A DNA stretch of 64,000 nucleotides, from NCBI RefSeq assembly GCF_902713615.1, contig NC_052158.1:32095990-32159989 (forward strand). Reading direction: 5' to 3'. Below the pieces are notes generated by a model. That model was not told the origin of the DNA. It saw only the letters and a program-made list of their open reading frames with translations, and ran no database searches. This document shows positions 39,193 through 50,150 of this stretch, piece after piece. Made by a program: the position numbers and the translations under genes. The stretch comes from Scyliorhinus canicula. Taxonomy: Eukaryota. Positions within the stretch are counted from its first letter, which is position 1. Every line of letters starts with the position of its first letter.

Positions 39193-40193
39193 TTAGTCTC
39201 CAGAATGGAGAATTCAGCCCTTAAACTCAGAAATGGAGAATCCCGTCCCCTTTCTTTTCCTGGCCTACTTTTGGCCAATTTAACTTCCCCTGGTTCCATC
39301 CCAGCCATTTCTGAGACTACTGGCCTCTATAGACAACAATATCCTCCCTGAGCCACCAGTCCTCACAACTTCGGTCTGGTATTTTGTATAACGTGTCCTG
39401 TCATGTGTCTCCTCTTCCTGGTGTAACTGATTGTGTAGGAAAGCAATGCTCTGCAGCCAGTCATCACATTCCATTGGTAATTCAATGTCCTGTTCCCTTA
39501 ACGCCATCTGTTCTTTATTCAGCTATGAAGCAAACACACACACACGTGTACCACAGACCAACTCATTCTGGACTTGTTTACAATTTAAACTTTCCTTCCA
39601 GAATCTCTTCAGAACACCTGTCAAAGATACACTCCTATCTCTGTCACACTCTCTTCCAGCTCCCAAACTATCCCTCACTCCAGCAGTTTGCTCAGACAGA
39701 CTCTATTGTTCCCCAGCATTTTTTGCAATGCCAGTGTGACTCCTGTCTTTACTGGATAATCACTCCGTAATGACAACCTAAGTTTCAAGGGAACGTAATC
39801 TTGAAATTTTACGTGAACGAATTAACTGGGAAGTTCGGAAATACATTTTCGCCTCATGGGAAATAAATATTTCAAACTAATGTTTGAAACTCACTCCCCA
39901 ACAAAAAACTGTAGTTATTTGGACAATTGGAGCCTGTAACATTAAGACTGATAGATTTTTGTTGGGCAATGTATCAAGGAATGGAGATCAAAGCAGTGTT
40001 CAGATAAAAGTCAATAATGTCTAATTCAGTGGTATAGCATGCTGGGTGGGCTGAATGGCCTCCTCCTGCACCTCATGTCCTTCATTCTGTTACTTTCTGT
40101 CTCAAACCTCTTTCAGCTCATTCTACCCGGCAACTGATTATGTCACCAGTAGTATTGATCTGATTGAATAGTTTACAATATGGGTCAGATTCT

Positions 40194-40255
40194 CAACCTG
40201 TTTGGAGCCTATTCTGCCGGTTACTGATGACTCTGATACTTTTTATTCTTATTGG
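40194..40255 (+). promoter_or_regulatory. MHC SXY promoter module (S/W, X1-X2, Y boxes)
   Basis: CAACCT (40194-40199), 17 bp, CCGGTTACTGATGA(CTC) (40217-40233), 20 bp after the X1 core, ATTGG (40251-40255); about 140 bp upstream of the leader ATG. Confidence 0.75.
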
Positions 40256-40333
40256 CACAATGGTATTTTCACTGAATATTCACTTTTAAGCTGTCGGTAA
40301 ACAGGACAGGACGCAGATAACGGACAGAGAAAA

Positions 40334-40360
40334 TTCACTTTCTTGGAGAAGGATTTCCCT
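40334..40360 (+). promoter_or_regulatory. IRF-element (TTCACTTTC) and kappaB-like site (AGGATTTCCC)
   Basis: TTCACTTTC at 40334-40342 (reverse GAAAGTGAA); AGGATTTCCC at 40350-40359, one mismatch to GGGATTTCCC; motif match only. Confidence 0.45.
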
Positions 40361-40393
40361 CCAAATATTTCCTCCAGTCTGAGGGAAGCAACA

Positions 40394-40439
40394 ATGATTG
40401 GACTGATGGCGCTGCTCCTGTGTGGCGAGGTGGCTGCAG
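40394..40439 (+). CDS. MHC class I heavy chain exon 1 (signal peptide)
   Basis: MIGLMALLLCGEVAA plus phase-1 G, donor GTGAGT at 40440; downstream of SXY; joins in frame to give mature D-S-H-S-L-R-Y. Confidence 0.8.
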
Positions 40440-41297
40440 GTGAGTGATGGGGTGCGAGAGGGGCAGAGCCAGGCTGGGTTCTGGGGCATTAACCCTGGGT
40501 CAGTGAGTGATGGGGTGCGAGAGGGGCAGATCCAGGCTGCGTACTGGGGCATTAACCCAGTGTCAGTGAGTAATGGGGTGTGAGAGGGGCAGAGCCAGAC
40601 TGGGTATTGGGGCATAAACCCTGGGTCAGTGAGTGATGGGGTGTGAGGAGCAGTCCCAGGCTGGGTACTGGGGCATTAACCCTGGGTCGGTGAGTGATGG
40701 GGTGTGAGAGGGGCAGAGCCAGACTGGGTACTGGGGCATAAACCCTGGGTCGGTGAGTGATGGGGTGTGAGAGGGGCAGAGCCAGACTGGGTATTGGGGC
40801 ATTAACCCTGGGTCAGAGTGATGGGGTGTGAGAGGGGCAGAGGCAGGCTGGGTACTGGGGCATTAACCCTGGGTCAGTGAGTGATGGGGTGTGAGAGGGG
40901 CAGAGTCAGGCTGGGTACTGGGACATTAACCCTGGGTCAGTGAGTGATGGGGTGTGAGAGGGGCACAGCCAGGCTGGGTACTGGGGCATTAACCCTGGGT
41001 CAGCGAGTGATGGGGTGTGAGAGGGGCAGAGCCAGGCTGGGTACTGGGGCATTAACCCTGGGTCAGTGAGTGATGGGGTGTGAGAGGGGCAGAGCCAGGC
41101 TGGGTACTGGGGCATTAACCCTGGGTCAGTGAGTGATGGGGTGTGAGAGGGGCAGAGCCAGGCTGGGTACTGGGGCATTAACCCTGGGTCAGTGAGTGAT
41201 GGGGTGTGAGAGGGGCAGAGCCAGGCTGGGTATTGGGGCATTAACCCTGGGTCAGTGAGTGATGGGGTGTGAGGGGGCAGAGCCAGGCTGGGTACAG
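40440..41297 (+). repeat. 63-bp minisatellite, ~13-14 copies, starting at the exon 1 donor
   Basis: Unit gtgagtgatggggtgtgagaggggcagagccaggctgggtactggggcattaaccctgggtca; 21-aa periodicity in antisense ORF 40906-41241. Confidence 0.95.
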
Positions 41298-41929
41298 GGT
41301 GCTGCTTTAACGAGTAACAAATGATTGGTATATGCTAATTTATTGTAACCAAATCTCAATGCATATCGGTATGTTCCATTCTGGAATCTGGGCATTCTGG
41401 TGTCCCAATCCAGAGGGCGTGCAGTCTCTGGAACTCTCTTCCTGAAAAGGCAGTGGAAGTAGAGACTTTGAATATTGTGAAGTCAGAGCTAGTTGGATTC
41501 TTGATTTACAATAGGGTGAAAGGTTATCGGGGTCGGCGGGAATGTGGGGTTGTAGTTACAATCAGATCAGACCAGCTTGAACTTAATGAATGGTGGACAG
41601 ACTCGAGGGCCCATGACCTAACTTGTATGTCCATATGGCCCCTGTGTTAGAACCTGCTGTGTTCTATTGGCTGGGACAGTTGGATCCCCCATGATACTTG
41701 GGGAATATGAGCTCTGCCAATTAGAGGGGGGTGGGGCATTCAATCGCAGTGCAGCTGTAAAATTGACTTGGCCAGTGTGGTACAGGCTAGAGAGGTAACC
41801 ATTAGTGAAATATTGACCCTGTGCACATATGCTTGTAAATAAAAGTTACTTTCTGTTTTAGTCAAAAAACTCGTGGTGCATTTTTCGTGGCCCTCACGTA
41901 AGCCTGTCAGAACTTGCAATAAGGACCTT

Positions 41930-42677
41930 GGGTGGGATTCTCCGTTGCCCGACGCGGAAATTACGAACGGCGACAGGCGGAGAATGGCTCCTGATGCCGA
42001 AATCGTGGCAGGTGCCGGTTTGATGCTAGGTCACAGTGATCCGCCCCGTCCAAATCGGCGTCATTGAGATGCACGCCGCACGCAGTCGCGACCCCGGTGG
42101 AATGTCATTAGCGGGCTGACCCATGATGCTCTGCCTCCGATGGACCGAGTTCCCAACACTGTTACAAGCATAGGTACACAGTGTCAAAATTTCACGAATG
42201 GTTCCTTCTCTAGCCTGTACCATGTGTGGTCTCAGGGGGCGTGAGCCTGGAATGGCAGCTGCGGAGAGAGAGAGGGCGTGCGGACAGTGCCCAGGACCGT
42301 CACACTCGACCGAGATCCGTGCTGCTGGTCAGGGGGCTTCTGCCAGGGCTGGGGGAAGTGGTGGGAGGTGGCCGGGAGGTGGGCTGTGGGGTCGGGGTGG
42401 GCAGATATGTTGTCCAGCACAGCAAGTGCCACCTTTTCCAGGGTGATTGGTGCGTGTGTGGGGGTTGTAGGCGTACACATGGCTGCAGCTTATCAGCCCT
42501 GCGCATGTGCAACATGGACCTGCCGATTCTCCAACCCTTTTCCGCACGTTCCGCATGTGTCTAACATGGCACCGGATCTAGCCCTTCACCAGTAGCTGAA
42601 TCGGCGAGGGTTTCGCGCTGATTTTCCCATCGTGAAACACCACGGATCCTCCGTTGCGCGGCACTTAGCCTCAGGAC
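41930..42677. mobile_element. PIF/Harbinger-type MITE, right end truncated
   Basis: Left TIR GGGTGGGATTCTCC; internal similarity to the 7357 and 30966 elements; subterminal gcacttagcctcagga. Confidence 0.65.
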
Positions 42678-42758
42678 TCCAAAAGTCTTTGTCTGGTTTC
42701 TCATGACTGGAAGGACGAAGTACACTAAAGTTGATTAGCTGTACTTTTCTCCACAGGA

Positions 42759-43629
42759 GATTCCTTTCAAAATCTTCCAGGTCACAGAATCACTGAATTG
42801 TTACAGCGCAGAAGGAAGACATTCGGCCCATCCCGTCTACACTAGCTCTCCGAGTGAGCAATTTGCTTTGTACCATTCCCAGCCTTCTCCCCATGACCCT
42901 GCATATCCATCCTTTTCAGATAATAGTCTAATTCCCTTTTGAATGTTTCAGTCGAAACTGCCTCCACCATACTCTCAGGCAGTACATTCCAGAGCTTAAC
43001 CACTCACTGTTTTGTTGTGTGTTTGGTGTCTAGGCGGGCTATTTGGGGATTGTCTATTCTCCCAAGAGCTGCTCAATACTAATTTCTCAAAATGATTGCT
43101 GAGAACTTACAGCTATGATTTACACATTTGGAACTTAGCAGAGAGCTGGAACCTCTCCTTCCAGAGCTTCCACATTCAGTCACGTGACCTCACATCATTA
43201 TTAAACCAGCGTCATGTCGGCTTCTGACATGAACATATTACATTCACGACATGTAAAAGATTTTCCTTGCCACTTTTTTGCTTCTTTTACCAAGTAATTT
43301 AAATCTGTGCCCTCTGGATCTCCATCCTTTCACAAGTGGGGACAGTTTCTCCCGATCTACTGTGTCTGGACCTTTCACAATTTTGAATGCCTCTATTAAA
43401 TCATCTCTTGGCCTTCTCTTCTGCAAGGAAAACACAACAAACCTCTCAAATCTATCTTCATAACTGACGTTCGTCATCTGGGAACTGTTTTACACTGCCG
43501 TCACATCCTTCCTAAAATATAGTGCCCAGAACTGTACCTAATATTCCTTCTGAGGCTGAACTAGTGTCATATAAAAGTTCAACCTAACCTCCTTGCTTGT
43601 TCCCCTATTTTAGAGCTTATGATATTGCA
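42759..43629. repeat. Duplicated composite block, copy 2 (in class I intron 1)
   Basis: Colinear with 8359-9432, lacking the SINE present in copy 1. Confidence 0.85.
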
Positions 43630-43965
43630 CGCTTAATTAAGCGTTTCCTCAACCTATCCTGCGACCTTCAAAGAATCATAAAACAATTCTGTACATGATT
43701 TTTTTTACCTTCCCTCTGACCATGATGTGGCAGTTTAAACCCATGACCTGACCCTCTGGTTGGGGAGTTGGGAGGAGGTCGTATTGGAGGATAGACATAT
43801 TTTGCAGTAACTCTACAATAGTTACTTAGTGTTAGTAGTTTATTATTTTATTTATCCTAATTATCTATTACGCAGTTGTTTCATAATAAATTATTTAAAC
43901 TAGATGTACTGTCATGCATCATTCATATCGGCCAGTCTACAGAACATGACATGTTACCAGGGTTA

Positions 43966-46900
43966 ATAAGAACATAAGAACTAGGAGCAGGAGTAAGCCA
44001 TCTGGCCCCTCGAGCCTGCTCCGCCATTCAATTAGATCATGGCTGATCTTTTGTGGACTCAGCTCCACTTTCCGGCCCGAACACTATAACCCTTAATCCC
44101 TTTATTCTTCAAAAAAATAATCTATCTTTACCTTAAAAACATGTAATGAAGGAGCCTCAACTGCTTCACTGGGCAAGGAATTCCATACATTCACAACCCT
44201 TTGGGTGAAGAAGTTCCTCCTAAACTCAGTCCTAAATCTACTTCCCCTTATTTTGAGGCTATGCCCCCTAGTTCTGCTGTCACCCGCCAGTGGAAACAAC
44301 CTGCCCGCATCTATCCTATCTATTCCCTTCATAATTTTAAATGTTTCTATAAGATCCCCCCTCATCCTTCTAAATTCCAACGAGTACAGTCCCAGTCTAC
44401 TCAACCTCTCCTCATAATCCAACCCCTTCAGCTCTGGGATTAATCTAGTGAATCTCCTCTGCACACCCTCCAACGCCAGTACGTCCTTTCTCAAGTAAGG
44501 AGACCAAAACTGAACACAATACTCCAGGTGTGGCCGCACTAACACCTTATACAATTGCAACATAACCTCCCTAGTCTTAAACTCCATCCCTCTAGCAATG
44601 AAGGACAAAATTCCATTTGCCTTCTTAATCACCTGTTGCACTTGTAAACCAACCTTCTGTGACTCATGCACTAGCACACCCAAGTCTCTCTGAACAGCGG
44701 CATGCTTTAATATTTTATCGTTTAAATAATAATCCCATTTGCTGTTATTCATACCAAAATGGATAACCTCACATTTGTCAACATTGTATTCCATCTGCCA
44801 GACCCGAGCCCATTCACTTAACCTATCCAAATCCCTCTGCAGACTTCCAGTATCCTCTGCACTTTTTGCTTTACCACTCATCTTAGTGTCATCTGCAAAC
44901 TTGGACACATTGCCCTTGGTCCCCAACTCCAAATCATCAATGTAAATTGTGAACAATTGTGGGCCCAACACGGATCCCTGAGGGACACCACTAGCTACTG
45001 GTTGCCAACCAGAGAAACACCCATTTATCCCAACTCTTTGCTTTCTATTAATTAACCAATCCTCTATCCATGCTACGACTTTACCCTTAATGCCATGCAT
45101 CTTTATCTTATGCAGCAACCTTTTGTGTGGCACCTTGTCAAAGGCTTTCTGGAAATCCAGATATACCACACCCATCGGCTCCCCGTTATCTACTGCACTG
45201 GTAATGTCCTCAAAAAATTCCACTAAATTAGTTAGGCATGACCCGCCTTTTACGAACCCATGCTGCGTCTGCCCAATGGGACAATTTCTATCCAGATGCC
45301 TCGCAATTTCTTCCTTGATGATAGATTCCAGCATCTTCCCTATTACCGAAGTTAAACTCACTGGCCTATAATTTCCTGCTTTCTGCCTACCTCCTTTTTT
45401 AAACAGTGGCGTCACGTTTGCTAATTTCCAATCCACCGGGACCACCCCAGAGTCTAGTGAATTTCGGTAAATTATCACTAGTGCATCTGCAATTTCCCTA
45501 GCCATCTCTTTTAGCACTCTGGGATGCATTCCATCAGGGCCAGGAGACTTGTCTACCTTTAGCCCCATTAGCTTGCCCATCACTCCCTCCTTAGTGATAA
45601 CAATCCTCTCAAGGTCCTCACCTGTCATAGCCTCATTTCTATCAGTCGCTGGCATGTTATTTGTGTCTTCCACTGTGAAGACCGACCCAAAAAACCTGTT
45701 CAGTTCCTCAGCCATTTCCTCATTTCCCATTATTAAAACTCCCTTCTCATCCTCTAAAGGACCAATATTTACCTTAGCCACTCTTTTTTGTCTTATATAT
45801 TTGTAAAAACTTTTACTGTCTGTTTTTATATTCTGAGCAAGTTTGCTCTCATACTCTATCTTACTCTTCTTTATAGCTTTTTTAGTAGCTTTCTGGCCCC
45901 CTAAAGATTTCCCAGTCCTCTAATCTCCCAGCAATCTTTGCCACTTTATATGCTTTTTCCTTCAATTTGATACTCTCCCTTATTTCCTTAGATATCCACG
46001 GTCGATTTTCCCTCTTTCTTCCGTCCTTCCTTTTTGTTGGTATAAACCTTTGCTGAGCACTGTGAAAAATCGCTTGGAAGGTTCTCCACTGTTCCTCAAC
46101 TGTTCCACCATAAAGTCTTAGCTCCCAGTCTACCTTAGCTAGTTCGTCTCTCATCCCATTGTAATCTCCTTTGTTTAAACACAAAACACTAGTATTTGAT
46201 TTTACTTTCTCACCCTCCATCTGTATTTTAAATTCCACCATATTGTGATCGCTCCTTCCGAGAGGATCCCTAACTATGAGATCATGAATCAATCCTGTCT
46301 CATTACACAGGACAAGATCTAGGACCGCTTGTTCCCTCGTAGGTTCCATTACATACTGTTCTAGGAAACTATCGCTGATACATTCTATAAACCCCTCCTC
46401 ACGGCTTGCCTTGACCGACCTGGTTAAACCAATCGACATGTAGATTAAAATCCCCCATGATAACTGCTGTACCATTTCTACATGCATCAGTTATTTCTTT
46501 GTTTATTGCCTGCCCCACCATCTCGTTACTATTTGGTGGCCGATAGACTACTCCTATCAGTGACTTTTTCGCCTTACTATTCCTGATTTCCACCCAAATG
46601 GATTCAACCTTATCCTCCATAGCACCGATGTCATCCCTTACTATTGCCCGGATGTCATCCTTAAATAACAGAGCAACACCACCTCCCTTACCATCCACTC
46701 TGTCCTTCCGAATAGTTTGATACCCTCGGATATTTAACTCCCAGTCGTGACCATCCTTTAACCATGTTTCAGTAATGGCCACTAAATCATAGTCATTTAC
46801 GATGATTTGTGCCACCAACTCATTTACTTTATTCCGAATACTACGAGCATTTAAGTAAAGTACACTTATGTTGGTTTTTTTACCTCTGTTTTGAACCTTA

Positions 46901-48010
46901 ACATCTCCAGTTTTATTCCTTTTGTTATTACTGGGCCTATTCACTGTGCTCTCCTCAGTCACTATACCTTGTACTGTCGCCCTTATGGATTTCTGACTAT
47001 GTCTTCTCTGCCTTGCACTTTTCCCCTTACTTCCTTTTGTTTCTGTCCCTGTTTTACTACCTTCCAACTTCCAGCATTGGTTCCCATCCCCCTGCCACAT
47101 TAGTTTAAACCCTCCCCAACAGCTCTAGAAAACACCCCCCCTAGGACATCGGTTCCAGTCCTGCCCAAGTGCAGACCGTCCGGTTTGTACTGGTCCCACC
47201 TCCCCCAGAACCGGTCCCAATACCCCAGGAATTTGAATCCCTCCCTCTTGCACCATCTCTCGAGCCACGCATTCATCCTATCTATCCTGACATTCCTACT
47301 CTGACTAGCTCGTGGCACTGGTAGCAATCCTGAAATTACTACCTTTGAGGTCCTACTTTTTAGTTTAACTCCTCTCCCTAAATTCCGCTTGTAGGACCTC
47401 ATCCCGTTTTTTACCTATATCGTTGGTGCCTATGTGCACCACGACAGCTGGCTGTTCACCCTCCCCCCCCAGAATGTCCTGCAGCCGCTCCAAGACATCC
47501 TTGACCCTTGCACCAGGGAGGCAACATACCATCCTGGAGTCTCGATTGCGTCCACAGAACCGCCTGTCTATTCCCCTTACGATCGAGTCCCCTATCACTA
47601 TAGCCCTGCCATTTTTCTTCCTGCCCTGCTGTGCAGCAGAGCCAGCCACGGTGCCATGAACCTGGCTGCTGCTGCCTTCCCCTGGTGAGCCATCTCCCTC
47701 AACAGTATCCAAAGCGGTATATCTGTTTTGCAGGGAGATGACCGCAGGGGACACCTGCACTGCCTTCCTACTCTTGCTCTTTCTTTTGGTCACCCATTTT
47801 CTATCTCCCTCAGTAACCTTCACCTGCGGTGTGACCAACTCGCTAAACGTGCTATCCACGACCTCCTCAGCATCGCGGATGCTCCAAAGTGAGTCCATCC
47901 GCAGCTCCAGAGCCGTCAAGCGGTCTAACAAGAGCTGCAACTGAACACACTTCTTGCACGTGAAGGAGCCAGGGACAGTGGACGTGTCCCTGAGCTCCCA
48001 CATCGCACAC
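43966..48010 (-). mobile_element. Young, 5'-truncated CR1 LINE, antisense in intron 1
   Basis: ORF1 esterase (47100-48003: GDSIVRG, HIGTND, DGLHL); APE (46399-47100); uninterrupted 559-aa RT/C-terminal ORF 44102-45781 with FADDTK; tail ataagaacataagaa; same family as 1270-5649. Confidence 0.95.
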
Positions 48011-48129
48011 GTAATGATTTACTAAGAACTCGAAAATTTGACACAAAACAATCCAAACCACGAAAGTTAACTTTGAAGGAAAAGAAAGAAAGCACATTTT
48101 TGCTACTAACCTTGCAATCTACTGGCCAC

Positions 48130-50100
48130 TGGTGCTCAACACGCGGTAAAACTTTGAAGTCTGGGATGGAAGGAATCAAGGCACCACACGGCATCAGATT
48201 ACTGGTAATGTAGACGAGAATTGGAGGGTATTTATGCAACAGTTTAAACTCTATGATGCAGCCCTTGGTCTGCAGGCACAGCCCGATGAGAGGTGTATCG
48301 CGGTGCTGCTCATTCTAGCAGGTCCTCAAGCAATTGAAATTTTCAACACTTTTTTTGTCTTTGAAAACGGAATTGACAGCAAAAGCTTTGACGGAGTACT
48401 TAAACAATTTGATCGGCATTGCTCCCCTAAAAAAATGGAAGCTTTGAACGCTGTGTATTCTGGGCATGCACCCAGAGTGTGGGATAGATTCCTGACTGAC
48501 CTGCGATTGAAGATGCAGTCGTGCAACTTCCTCTAGTCGTCAATGATATGAGATCAGATAGTTTTCGTAATCTCCAATGATAAAGTGCGTGAACGATTTC
48601 TGCAGGAAACAGAGCTAAAACTCGAAAGTGCGAGCCAAATATGTCACGCTACTGAGCTTGCAGCAAAGCACACTGAATCTCCGGCATTTTGTCGCGAAAG
48701 CAGAAGAGGCGGCAGACACCATTGTGTTCCCAGTGCGGGCAGCCATTTTGAGCGGCCGACCCAATCCTCCATTTTGTGTTCATGATGTGGCAAACGGCAT
48801 TTGCCACGGCAAGGCCCTGCTTATGAAAAAACATGTGCCAACTGTAATGGCAATTAATTTGTAACCCAATGATATTCCATGAGCGGGCCTGAACAAATAA
48901 AGAGCATCAGCGCTATTGATGAAGTGTGCCTAGAGGACACATTCTTTGTAGACATGGGGCAGGATGCTCCGACCCCCCCACAGGGTCGGGGAATCGCTTG
49001 GGGCCGGCGTAAATCCTGCCCCCGCCGTGGCCGAAATTCTCCGCCACCTGGGAATCGGCGGGGGAGGGAATCGCGCTCGCCGGTCGGCGGGCCCCCCCCG
49101 CGGCGATTCCCCGGCCCACGACCGGCCGAAGTCCCGCCGCTGTGAGGCCTCTCCCGCCGACGTGGTTTAAACCACCTCTGGTGTTGGAGGGAGCAGGCGG
49201 CGCGAGAGGGCCCCGGGTTCCGTGGGGGGAGCAATCTGACTCCGGGGGGTCCCCCCACGGTGGCCTGGCCCGCGATCGGGGCCCACCGATCGGCAGGCGG
49301 GCCTGTGCCGTGGGGGCACTCTTTTTCTTCCCGTGACTTAGCGGGTGCTGACCCTCCAGCGCATGTGCAGATTCACGTTGACCGGCGAAGGCCTTTCGGC
49401 CAGCAGTTCGCGTCGGTCGGCGGGGCGCCAAAGACTGTTCGCGTCGGTCGGCGGAGCGGGAGGCACTCCGGCGCGGGCCTAGCCCCTAATGGTGTGGAAA
49501 ATTCCACACATTTGGGGAGGCCCGACGCGGAGTGGTTCTCGCCATTCCGGTACGCCGGGACCCCCGTCCCACCGGGCAGGGGAGAATGCCGGTCGTGATC
49601 TCCAGTGGATCAGGAGACTCAAGTTGTAGCAAATAGTATTTGTACAAATCTGCAGAAATAATGAATTGAAGGCAGATAACCAAAAGGATAAATGGACTGT
49701 GCCATTAAAGATAAATTGCACAGTGATAACAGTCAATCTGACACTGATGTGAGGACCAACCTCAAATATTTTGTCCGATGTATACAAGCTGAGAATTGAA
49801 CCAAAAATAGTTCACAGAACGGTACTGTTGAGAGATTACAATGGTCTTTAGAAGCATGTGAGCTTGAGGTTGAAGTAAAAAAATAAAATTGACAAGTTGA
49901 ATTTTCCGTGGTGGTGGCGGACTGCAAATCTTTGATTGGAGTAGAGGTGTGTGAGGAATGTCAAGTCGGGGTACCACCACTGAATTCCACCACCGGCAAA
50001 TGCCCGCAAAACCACCCAATGTCCAGGTTGTCACACCTCAGGAAAAGGCAGGATTTCACAATGTTCACACCTCATCCGACCAAGTCTCAGTGTGCCACCC
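48130..50100 (+). mobile_element. Degenerate Gypsy remnant (gag, PR) in intron 1
   Basis: QQFKLYDAALGL...LLILAGPQAIEIFNTF...FLTDLRLKMQSCNF; CgNcgN-like zinc knuckle near 48790-48860; protease-like region ~49700-49950. Confidence 0.65.
48957..49594. mobile_element. PIF/Harbinger-type MITE inserted in the Gypsy remnant
   Basis: GGGCAGGATGCTCC ... GGAGAATGCCGGTC; flanks atg/gtg; similar to 18202-18818 and 38482-39192. Confidence 0.7.
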
Positions 50101-50150
50101 TTCAGCATGTCACTCTGGCAAGTGTCTCTCCGCAGTTGGTTTCACCACAG

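Larger units (their letters stand above)
33522..39220. mobile_element. PIF/Harbinger element B, formerly autonomous (transposase + Myb/SANT, convergent)
   Basis: TIRs GGGCTGGATTCTCC and GGAGAATTCAGCCC; TSD TTA at 33519-33521 and 39221-39223; two internal gene remnants. Confidence 0.85.
30966..39249. mobile_element. PIF/Harbinger element A (outer host of nest; decayed, with Myb/SANT remnant)
   Basis: Left TIR GGGCAGGATTCGCC (30966); right TIR GGAGAATCCCGTCCC (39235-39249); minus-strand MAARRAAP...QQCRK Myb-like remnant near 32560-32970. Pairing of the two ends is inferred. Confidence 0.55.

Noticed and set aside
40906-41241. Antisense 111-aa ORF with a 21-aa repeat
   Set aside because: Simple translation of the 63-bp minisatellite; no independent coding evidence
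42740-42785. Possible micro-exon (ttttctccacag|GAGATTCC...CCAG|gtcaca) such as a class I cytoplasmic exon
   Set aside because: Weak donor, acceptor not conserved in the duplicate at 8359, and wrong position relative to the gene
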